Shown here piece after piece: positions 34,171 through 41,955 of a DNA stretch of 64,000 bases (position 1 is its first letter; every line of letters starts with the position of its first letter). A program made the position numbers and the translations under genes. The stretch comes from Deltaproteobacteria bacterium (GTDB lineage Bacteria; Myxococcota_A; Polyangia; Polyangiales; Ga0077539). The notes beneath the pieces were generated by a model. That model was not told the DNA's origin and searched no databases. It saw only the letters and a list, made by a program, of their open reading frames with translations. Location of the stretch: positions 27,996 through 91,995 of the forward strand of contig CANJUR010000001.1 in NCBI GenBank assembly GCA_947477565.1, given 5' to 3'.

Positions 34171-35163
34171 TCACCGAGGGAAGAGGGCGACGCGCAGACC
34201 GTGGTCGGCGACCGTCGGCGCACCCGACCCACGGGTGCATTGCATCCGCATCGGAATCAGGTCCTGGTACCAACTCACCACCACCGCTGATTCACCCGCG
34301 TCCACGGAGATCCAGCGCAGACCGACCTCGCGGCCGATGGCGACCGATCCCTTCAGTTCGGCCACGTCGCGCTGCACGCGGTAAAGCTCGACGCGGGCGT
34401 CCGCGCAACTGCCGCGCGAGACCGCCGCCCAACGACCGGCGACGTCCTCCACATCGAGGCCCAGAGCAGGCTCGTAGCCCAGAAGGTCTACGCCCCGCGT
34501 CAACTCTACGTCCGCCAACAGCGCCACCGGAACCGTCCGTCGCGGCTCGACACGCAGCACGACGCTCGCCCTCGTCACCGCCGGCGCAGGCTCGATCACG
34601 CCCTCCCTCGAGCGGCGAAGCATCGACGTCAGCGCCCACTCCGACGCCGCGGCCTCCGTCGCGCTGGCTTCGCGCTCGTCTCCCGCAAACCCCGTCGAGG
34701 TCACATCAATCGCGCGCCATCCCACGCCCGCATCCCCCGCGGCACCGGGCCAGACCACTGTTGCCCCGCCGGTTCGCGGCAGCAGCGACATCGTCGACCC
34801 CGGTGGTATCCACCGCACCGGGTGACGTGCCACCACCGCCGCGCCCGAGGCGCTCCACAGCACCCAGCGCATCTCCGCGCCGGTGGCGTCCTCCGCAGGT
34901 ACCGCCACCGCGCTACGAACCTCCCCCTCGATCCAAAGCGAGGGAGAAACCGCGGCGGTGCGAGCCTCGGCGGACTGCCATGGCCCCTGCACCGCGACCA
35001 ATGGTGGCGGAGGCGGAGACGCAGTCGTCGGCGGAGGCACGTCCGTCGTCGCCACATCGACCGGAGCCACAGGCATCGGCACCCGGGGCACCCGGGGCAC
35101 CCGATGACGGCAGCCCAACACCGACGCGAGCGCCACGGCGAGCACGGAGACCCGAAGGTTCAT
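34171..35163 (-). CDS. Lipoprotein, function unknown
   Basis: ATG 35163 gives MNLRVSVLAVALASVLGC (lipobox), then (RVP)x3 and a Pro-rich linker. ATGA overlap with the upstream formyltransferase-like gene; ends 7 nt before ybaK. Confidence 0.6.
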   Translation of the reverse strand: MNLRVSVLAVALASVLGCRHRVPRVPRVPMPVAPVDVATTDVPPPTTASPPPPPLVAVQGPWQSAEARTAAVSPSLWIEGEVRSAVAVPAEDATGAEMRWVLWSASGAAVVARHPVRWIPPGSTMSLLPRTGGATVVWPGAAGDAGVGWRAIDVTSTGFAGDEREASATEAAASEWALTSMLRRSREGVIEPAPAVTRASVVLRVEPRRTVPVALLADVELTRGVDLLGYEPALGLDVEDVAGRWAAVSRGSCADARVELYRVQRDVAELKGSVAIGREVGLRWISVDAGESAVVVSWYQDLIPMRMQCTRGSGAPTVADHGLRVALFPR

Positions 35164-36068
35164 CCGTCTACCCTGAGCAGGCCGGGGAGCAGCCCCGCAA
35201 TGCGTTCGCCGGTCACTACGGTGTCGTCCTCTTCGCTCCGCGCTCGCGTGAGCAACACGGCCTCGCCGTCGCCGCACGCCACCACCACGCCGCTCGGTAG
35301 CCACGCCACGTCGCCCGGCTCAAGGCCGCGCGGCGGGTTGGGAAAAGGCTCGGCTTCGAGCACCACGAGGGTTCCCTCGCCCAGGCCCGTGAAGGCCCCG
35401 GGGTCGGGTGAGGCCGCCCGGATGCGGGCGATCACCCGCGACGCTGGATGATCCCAGAGGATCTCGCAGTCATCGTCCGTAGGCCGCGGAGCCTCCGTCG
35501 CGCGGGCACTATCTTGAGGCGTCCCAGGGTCGGTGTACTTCCCCTCGGCGATGCCGCGCACCACGTCGCGCACGGCCTCCAGCGAGGGTCGGTCGAGCGC
35601 GCGCGCGAGCATCCATGCATTGCCCCGCGGCGGCACCGGCACACGGCGCTGCAGGAGTATCGGCCCGCTGTCATACGCATCCGTGATGCGGTGCACGGTC
35701 ACCCCGGTCTCGGCGTCTTCCCGGTAGAGCGTCCAGAAGTACGGATCGGCCCCGCGGTGCCGCGGGAGAAGCGAGGGGTGCACGTTGATGCCACCGTGCG
35801 GCGCCAGCGCGATGAGCGGCGCAGGAATGCGTCGCGTCCAGAACCAGCTGACGATCAGGTCGGGCTCCGTCGAGGCGAGCAGCGCCTGCACGCTGGGCTG
35901 GGTGACGTCGGGCCGCGCCAGGAGCGGTGCACCGGTCTCCGCGAGCGCGCGTCGCAGACGGGAGATACCCGGTGAATTGGGGCGCGAAATGCACGCGCCG
36001 ACGAGTTGATAGCCTTCGCGCAGGAGCATCAGGGCGCCGAGCGGCATGCCCAGGTAGAGAATCCTCAT
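35160..36068 (-). CDS. Formyltransferase family protein (Fmt/ArnA-N-like paralogue with Formyl_trans_C-like tail)
   Basis: ATG 36068 (MRILYLGMPLGA...). Catalytic block GGINVHPSLLPRHRGADP plus DSGPIL. The Fmt-type N-terminal PDRPAGRGKK loop is not evident. No def/rsmB neighbours. Confidence 0.7.
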   Translation of the reverse strand: MRILYLGMPLGALMLLREGYQLVGACISRPNSPGISRLRRALAETGAPLLARPDVTQPSVQALLASTEPDLIVSWFWTRRIPAPLIALAPHGGINVHPSLLPRHRGADPYFWTLYREDAETGVTVHRITDAYDSGPILLQRRVPVPPRGNAWMLARALDRPSLEAVRDVVRGIAEGKYTDPGTPQDSARATEAPRPTDDDCEILWDHPASRVIARIRAASPDPGAFTGLGEGTLVVLEAEPFPNPPRGLEPGDVAWLPSGVVVACGDGEAVLLTRARSEEDDTVVTGERIAGLLPGLLRVDG

Positions 36069-37720
36069 GGTTCGTTTCCCCCGAAGGTGTAGAGCCCCCA
36101 GGGGACCAGTTCGGCGAACGGACACTCGCCTCCCAGCACCCTTGGCTCAAGCGCGCGATCGGGCTCCGCCGCGCCCAGGTCAGCCATCAACAACAGCGCC
36201 GTGCGGCCGCCGAATCCCCCCGCCAGGGAGCGCATCGCGACCAGGGCATTTTGCTCCGCGCGGAGCACCGCGTCTTCGAGCGAACCCGGCTCCGCGAGCG
36301 CCTGAGCATAGGGAGTGAGCCGCGTCGCCTCGGATCCCCCGAGGGCCACTCGCGACGACGACTGCGCCGCCGTCGAAGCCGCCGCGAGCGAGCGCGTCAC
36401 GCCGCCCTCGATGCGACGAAAACCGAGCGGCGCCAGCACTCGCGACTCCAGCCGCGCCATCAGGTCAACGCGAAGCCCGGGGAGAATCCACCAGGCCGAC
36501 GCTCGCGCGGACTCTTCTTCCGCCACGCGCCGCAGCCGCGCAGTCCACCCCGCGGGGTTGTCGGACTCGCCGCGCACCGCGGTCCAGGCCGTGCGCAGTT
36601 CGATCAACGCCGCGCGGGTCGCGAGCTTCATTCGTTCGGAGGGCTCGCCCAGGGACGAACCCCGCGCCAGCGTGTCGCGTAGCCAGGGAAGTTGCATCGG
36701 CCCGGCCACGAAGCGGGCCACGAAGGCGTCACGGTCGGGTGCCGGGTGCGTGCGAAGCGAGCGGATTTCCGGGAGAAGCGCGATGACCCGTACGGAGCTG
36801 GACAAGATCGTACGCCATCGAACGATCTCCCTCGCATCGACCGGCGCGGCGGAGGGCGGAATCGACGGTGACCGCACCGGGGCCTCGGCCGCACGGGACC
36901 AATCGAGAGCCGCGGGCTCGGGCACGAGCGGCGGCGTAAGGGGAGAGGAGAATACGACTACGGTGTCGTCGTCGACGCGGTCATCGGTCGGGTCCGGGAG
37001 GTCGAGCCAGCCGAAGACCGCACGGGTGAGCGCGTCGGGACTGAACGACCGCCCGGCGAGTGAAGAGACCAGCGAGGCCGGGTCGCGGGTGACCGTCGGC
37101 GGTGCGCCAAGGTTTACGTGTTGGGTAAAACCGTCCCGGAGCGCGGGGGCGAGCGCGGGGATCCCGGCAGCGGAGGCGGCGGAGGCGGAGGCGACCACGG
37201 AGAGAGCGCGCTCTCCGCAAGCGGCCAGGAGCGCGGCAAACTCGGCGACGCCAGCTTCGTCGGCGCGTCGGCCACGGCGATCGATCTGCCGATGCAGTTC
37301 GTCAACGACCAGTACGAGGCCGGAGTGGCCCACGGTGCGTGCGCGGAAGATCCAGCCACCGAGGTGGCGCAGGAGACCGCCACCGCGATCGTCGTAGAGA
37401 CCGCCCGGCGCGCGGGCCTGTGTGAGCGCGAACTCCACAGCGTCGTGGATGCGCGCGACGATTTCCTGCATGGGGGCATCGCCCGGGCGGAGTCGCACAA
37501 CCAGTGGCGGGTTCGTCTCGGCACTCAGGGAGCGGGCGATGTCGTCGAGGTGACCGACGCGCACGGCGCGGGAGCCGCCGACGAGAAGCAGGGTGGCTCC
37601 GCCGTCGGGCCGAGGACGCAGGGACTCCGAAGACGGTACGGGGGCGCTCACGAGAACGGCGCGCAGGGTAGAGGGCGTGGGCCCACCGTCGCAAGGGCAA
37701 CGACGAACTGGATTGTCCAT
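36065..37720 (-). CDS. Hypothetical 551-aa protein with a degenerate P-loop-NTPase-like N-terminus
   Basis: ATG 37720 (MDNPVRR...). TLLLVGGSRAVRVGH sits where a Walker A would be, and LVLVVDELH is Walker-B-like. The rest is unrecognised. ATGA overlap with the downstream formyltransferase-like gene. Confidence 0.5.
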   Translation of the reverse strand: MDNPVRRCPCDGGPTPSTLRAVLVSAPVPSSESLRPRPDGGATLLLVGGSRAVRVGHLDDIARSLSAETNPPLVVRLRPGDAPMQEIVARIHDAVEFALTQARAPGGLYDDRGGGLLRHLGGWIFRARTVGHSGLVLVVDELHRQIDRRGRRADEAGVAEFAALLAACGERALSVVASASAASAAGIPALAPALRDGFTQHVNLGAPPTVTRDPASLVSSLAGRSFSPDALTRAVFGWLDLPDPTDDRVDDDTVVVFSSPLTPPLVPEPAALDWSRAAEAPVRSPSIPPSAAPVDAREIVRWRTILSSSVRVIALLPEIRSLRTHPAPDRDAFVARFVAGPMQLPWLRDTLARGSSLGEPSERMKLATRAALIELRTAWTAVRGESDNPAGWTARLRRVAEEESARASAWWILPGLRVDLMARLESRVLAPLGFRRIEGGVTRSLAAASTAAQSSSRVALGGSEATRLTPYAQALAEPGSLEDAVLRAEQNALVAMRSLAGGFGGRTALLLMADLGAAEPDRALEPRVLGGECPFAELVPWGLYTFGGNEP

Positions 37721-37750
37721 CGGACCAGCGCTCCCGTAACATTGGGGTCC

Positions 37751-38167
37751 ATGGCGATGACTCAGCCTCCTACCTTGCGGACCATCCGGGTCGTGGCCGC
37801 GGTGATCGAGCGTGACGGCCGATACCTCATCACCCAGCGGCGTCCGACGGCAGTTCTGCCTCTTTTGTGGGAGTTTCCGGGAGGGAGGGTCGAGGAGGCG
37901 GAGTCGGACTCCGCGGCGCTGCGGCGCGAGTTGCGCCACCGGCTCGACGCGGACATCGATGTCGGGGCGCTGATCTCCTTCGTGACGCACACCTACGAGA
38001 CCTACTCCGTAGACCTGCACCTATACGATTGCGACCTTCTGGGCGACGGTCTGCGGGCCGCGGCCGTCAACGCCTTCGAGTGGGTCAGTTCAGCGGACTT
38101 TGAGCACTACCCCTTCACGCCCGCAGACGAGGCCTCGATGGCTCGACTGTTGGGCGTCGATGGCTGA
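37751..38167 (+). CDS. Nudix (MutT-like) hydrolase-fold protein with a degenerate Nudix box
   Basis: IRVVAAVIERDGRYLITQRR....LWEFPGGRVEEAESDSAALRRELRHRLDADI. The GX5EX7REUX part is present, but the usual EE-x-G is H-R-x-D. Confidence 0.75.
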   Translation: MAMTQPPTLRTIRVVAAVIERDGRYLITQRRPTAVLPLLWEFPGGRVEEAESDSAALRRELRHRLDADIDVGALISFVTHTYETYSVDLHLYDCDLLGDGLRAAAVNAFEWVSSADFEHYPFTPADEASMARLLGVDG

Positions 38168-38960
38168 TTCTGCGCCCGGTACCCACCTCCCCCATATGGC
38201 GTCCTCAATGAAGCAGTGCACGGTTTGTGGCGCGCCGATGCCGCCTGGAGAGGGGGTCTGCGGTCATTGCGGTCGCGCCCATTACGCCGCGACCTGCGAG
38301 CACTGCGACCAGCCGGCTCCGACCCTCGTCCGCGGAGGCACGGTGATCTGCTCCGGATGCGGCGGCACTCGCGGTCCCCTTTCCAGCGTGCCGCTCAACC
38401 TGGTGGGATCGGCGCATCGCGTCGGCGGCGTGCTCACCAGCGTGCTCGCCTGGGCGGTGCTCCTCGGAGGCATCGCCTTCGGTGGGCTCGTCGGCGTGGT
38501 GGTCGCGCTTTTAGCAGCAGCGCTCAGCGTGTCCGCCTGGGTGGGCTTCGGCACCGGTGTCTTGCTCGGTGGCATCGCGGCTCTCACCGGGCTGCTGCTC
38601 CTCTCGGTGAGCCGACGGCTCCGGGCGCACGGCGTCGCGGCCCAGGATTCCGCAACGGAGCAGGCCATCCTGGCGATGGCGGTCTCTCGCAAGGGGGTGC
38701 TGACCACCACCGAGGTGGCGCAAAACCTCCGACTGCCCCTGCGAGATGCCGACCGACTGCTCTCGTCGATGAGCGAGCAGGGCCGGGCGCAGCTTGAGGT
38801 CAACGGCGAGGGGTTGCTGCAATACACCTTCCGCGGGATGTCCCTCGGCGAGCGCACGGGCGTGCGTATAGACAGCTCCGACCCTGCGGCGGAGGCGCGA
38901 GCGCGGGTCGATGAGGAGTTCGAGGCGATGTCGGCGCGGCACCGTGAGGGGCGTTTCTGA
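38160..38960 (+). CDS. Double zinc-ribbon / multi-TM / C-terminal winged-helix-like protein
   Basis: CTVCGAPM...CGHCG and CEHCD...CSGCGG motifs; about 3 hydrophobic segments; C-terminus AVSRKGVLTTTEVAQNLRLPLRDADRLLSSMSEQGRAQLEV. Overlaps the Nudix gene by 8 nt. Confidence 0.55.
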   Translation: MADSAPGTHLPHMASSMKQCTVCGAPMPPGEGVCGHCGRAHYAATCEHCDQPAPTLVRGGTVICSGCGGTRGPLSSVPLNLVGSAHRVGGVLTSVLAWAVLLGGIAFGGLVGVVVALLAAALSVSAWVGFGTGVLLGGIAALTGLLLLSVSRRLRAHGVAAQDSATEQAILAMAVSRKGVLTTTEVAQNLRLPLRDADRLLSSMSEQGRAQLEVNGEGLLQYTFRGMSLGERTGVRIDSSDPAAEARARVDEEFEAMSARHREGRF

Positions 38961-39015
38961 TCTGCCCTCTGCCCGAATCGGGACGAGCCGCACTCGGTGG
39001 GCTACGGTTACTTTC

Positions 39016-39861
39016 ATGGGTGCGCACCGCCTCTTGCTGTTGATTTTGGGTCTCTCGCCTGGGTGTGCGGACTCGGCCGCTCGGCCACCGCCCCTGCCCT
39101 GCCCGGATGGTTCGTCTTGCATCGGCACAAACCCCACTACAATCGGTGGCGGAACGGTTCAGGCCCCCGACGGCGGAACCCCCACGGGGGGAAGCCTCGC
39201 CCGCTACAACCTGGCCGGTAGCGTCGTCGTGCTCAACCAGGTTCCGCCGACCGGGACGGTCACCCGAACGGGCGTAACCGGCTGGACGATTCGCGCCGTC
39301 GATGATCTCAGCGCCACCGCGATGACCGGCGCCGACGGGACGTTCACGCTGACCGGGGTGCTGCCCACGCTGGCCGATGCGGGCGTCCCCGTCATTGGCG
39401 TGCGCGCCGTCCCGACGAGCCGCGCCTCCTTCGGGGCATACCGGGAGCTGCGCGCAGGGGGCGGGAGCGTGACGCTCGAGACGTTCGGATCCGAGCGCGT
39501 GCTGGAGTCTGTCGCAGGACAAGGCGGCGCACCCTCGGCAGACCTCGGGCACGTGGTGGTGCAGATCGCCGAAGCAGCCGATCCGGGCGTCGGTGTGTCG
39601 AGCGCGGTGGTCAGCGCGAGCACGGCCTCGACTACGTTCTATGACAGCGACCTGATTCCGGGACAGCTGACGCCGTCCATCGCGGGCACCGGACGCCGGG
39701 GCTTCGCGCTGGTACTCAACGTCCCGGCAGGGGACGACACCAACGGCTCCACCGTGACCCTCCGCTTCCAGGTTCCCGGTGCAACACCGGTTCCCGAAGC
39801 GATGACGGTGCGGGTATTTCCCAACACCCTCAGCTGGGTGACGGTCCGCGTCGCTCGCTGA
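39016..39861 (+). CDS. Lipoprotein with a carboxypeptidase-regulatory-like (beta-sandwich) segment, function unknown
   Basis: ATG 39016 gives MGAHRLLLLILGLSPGC. The TGADGTFTLTGV motif is typical of CarboxypepD_reg-like folds. Confidence 0.5.
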   Translation: MGAHRLLLLILGLSPGCADSAARPPPLPCPDGSSCIGTNPTTIGGGTVQAPDGGTPTGGSLARYNLAGSVVVLNQVPPTGTVTRTGVTGWTIRAVDDLSATAMTGADGTFTLTGVLPTLADAGVPVIGVRAVPTSRASFGAYRELRAGGGSVTLETFGSERVLESVAGQGGAPSADLGHVVVQIAEAADPGVGVSSAVVSASTASTTFYDSDLIPGQLTPSIAGTGRRGFALVLNVPAGDDTNGSTVTLRFQVPGATPVPEAMTVRVFPNTLSWVTVRVAR

Positions 39862-39870
39862 CCGCCGCCG

Positions 39871-40995
39871 TCACGCGCGCTCGGTCGGATCAACCCCGGC
39901 CGCCGACGGGTTCTGTACCGCAGCGAGGCGTTCGAGCAGCGCGCGTCGGATCGGCCGCTGCCAGATCGACCCAAGGGCTGCGGCGGAGACGATGCGCGGG
40001 GTGATGCGCCCACGCAGACGGGCAACACGCTCCGCGGCGAGACGGAGCCGTTCGGCAAATGCACCATCGGCCCGGGAGCGGGCGGCGAGCGCGCAGTGGG
40101 CGCGGTCCTGAGCATCGGGATCGCTGCAGATCAACAGCAAGTCGCACCCCGCGCTGACGGCGAGGATGGCGGACTCCTCGACGGGCCAACGGTCACTGAC
40201 GGCACGCATCAGGAGGTCGTCGGAGACCACCACCAGGTCGGTTCCGCGGGCGAGGTCGTCGCGCAGCAGCGTGGTCATCACAGCGTGCGAGAGCGTCGCC
40301 GGAACCGTCGCGTCGAGCGCGTCGAAGCGCACGTGCGCGGTCATCACCGCATCGACTCCCGCGGCGATCGCCGCACGGAAGGGCGCAAGTTCGACTTCCT
40401 CCAGACGGTCCAGGCCGTGCGGCAGCACCGGGAGTTCGTGGTGGCTGTCCGTCGCCGTGTCGCCGTGTCCGGGGAAGTGCTTGGCACACGCGAGCACAGA
40501 GCCCGCCTGGAGCCCAGCGATCGCCGCGGTGGCGTGGCCCGCGACCACGGCAGCCGAGCGCCCAAAAGCGCGGTCACCGATGACGGGGTTCGCAGGGTTG
40601 CTATCGACGTCGCACACGGGCGCGAGGTTGAAGTTGATGCCGATCGCCGCAAGCTCTTCTGCGAGCGCGCGGTGGAGATCGTATGTGAGCGTACGATCGT
40701 CGATGACGCCGAGGGTGCGCGCAGACGGCAGCGTGACGACCGGATCGCGCAAGCGGGTGACTCGACCGCCCTCCTGGTCGAGGGCGATGAGCGGTGTGAG
40801 CTTCGCCGCTGCCAGGACGGCGGCGCAAAGGTCGCGCACCTGCGCTGGGTCGGTGATGTTGCGACGAAAAAAGATGGTGCCCGCGAGGCGACCCTCGGAG
40901 AGGCGCGCGGAGATGGCCGCCGGGAGCGCGAGGCCATCGAAGCCACCGACGAGAACAGCGCCCGCGGCGAGGTCGTGGGAGTCCATGCGCCGCAT
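39871..40995 (-). CDS. nagZ: Beta-N-acetylhexosaminidase NagZ (GH3)
   Basis: ATG 40995 (MRRMDSHDL...). LIALDQEGGRVTRL, NFNLAPVCDV, KHFPGHGDTATDSH. Confidence 0.85.
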   Translation of the reverse strand: MRRMDSHDLAAGAVLVGGFDGLALPAAISARLSEGRLAGTIFFRRNITDPAQVRDLCAAVLAAAKLTPLIALDQEGGRVTRLRDPVVTLPSARTLGVIDDRTLTYDLHRALAEELAAIGINFNLAPVCDVDSNPANPVIGDRAFGRSAAVVAGHATAAIAGLQAGSVLACAKHFPGHGDTATDSHHELPVLPHGLDRLEEVELAPFRAAIAAGVDAVMTAHVRFDALDATVPATLSHAVMTTLLRDDLARGTDLVVVSDDLLMRAVSDRWPVEESAILAVSAGCDLLLICSDPDAQDRAHCALAARSRADGAFAERLRLAAERVARLRGRITPRIVSAAALGSIWQRPIRRALLERLAAVQNPSAAGVDPTERA

Positions 40996-41053
40996 CGAAA
41001 CACGGATGAACCCGCGGGTGGAGCGCAGTGTTCGCGGGAGACTCGTTGCCTCG

Positions 41054-41944
41054 ATGGGGGATCCTTCCCTATACTGGGAAGCGGTGCTGCTGCTTCGTCG
41101 TTCATCCTTGTTGGTCGCGTGTCTCGGGTCGCTCGGCATCGGCTGTACCGGCGCGGGGCCAGACGCCGTACTCGACGCGGATGTCGTGTCGCGCTCCGAG
41201 GGCATCGTGTTCGTCGAGCGGGTCAACGACGGTGGCGGGGCACGCGTGCACGTCGGCGGACGCTTCTTCCGCTCGCAGGGTGTACGGGCCGAGGCGCTGC
41301 CCGAACTGGTCGGAGCCCCGCCGAGCGCGGTGGGCGGTGGGTGCGTCGAGCGTGGCGCCATGGGTGAAGGGCTCGACTCGACGCAAGCCGAAGTTCAGTT
41401 GCTCGACGTGGGCGCCATCGACGCGCGCGCCGAGGCCCTCACCACCCGCATGTCGCCTCACCGCCTCCCCGACCTCTGGAACGTCGTCTCGGGCGTGGTC
41501 TACGGTCTCGACGGGGAGCTCCCGCAGGGCGCGTGGCAGTTCAGCAGCGCAGGGGACTCTACGACGCAGCGCGGAGCGTTCGACGTGAGCGGTGCACCGC
41601 CGGAGCCCATGGCCGATCTGCGCTTCGGCGACGATGCGCTTCCAGTCTCGGTGGGTTCGGCGGTGGCGTTGCCCCGCCACGGTGGGCTCTCGCTGCGCTG
41701 GTCCCGCGGCGCCTCGACGGACCGCGTCGCTGTGGTCTTCGAGGGCGCGGGCACGCTGTCCTGTAGCGCGCGCGACGACGGAGTATTCGACTTGGAGGCA
41801 TCGCATGCCGATCGCGTGCGAGAGCTCCTGCGGCAGGGCGGCACCGTGTCTGTCCATCGGCTTCGGGTGATCCCTTTCTCGATGAGCGGCATCGACCGCG
41901 CTTCGCTGGTGTTCGATCAGGTCGTACGCGTCCGCGCGGAGTGA
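41054..41944 (+). CDS. Lipoprotein, function unknown
   Basis: The internal ATG of ORF 40166..41944 gives ...LLLRRSSLLVACLGSLGIGC. The upstream part of that ORF is antisense to nagZ. Confidence 0.5.
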   Translation: MGDPSLYWEAVLLLRRSSLLVACLGSLGIGCTGAGPDAVLDADVVSRSEGIVFVERVNDGGGARVHVGGRFFRSQGVRAEALPELVGAPPSAVGGGCVERGAMGEGLDSTQAEVQLLDVGAIDARAEALTTRMSPHRLPDLWNVVSGVVYGLDGELPQGAWQFSSAGDSTTQRGAFDVSGAPPEPMADLRFGDDALPVSVGSAVALPRHGGLSLRWSRGASTDRVAVVFEGAGTLSCSARDDGVFDLEASHADRVRELLRQGGTVSVHRLRVIPFSMSGIDRASLVFDQVVRVRAE

Positions 41945-41955
41945 TCGGTCGGCGT

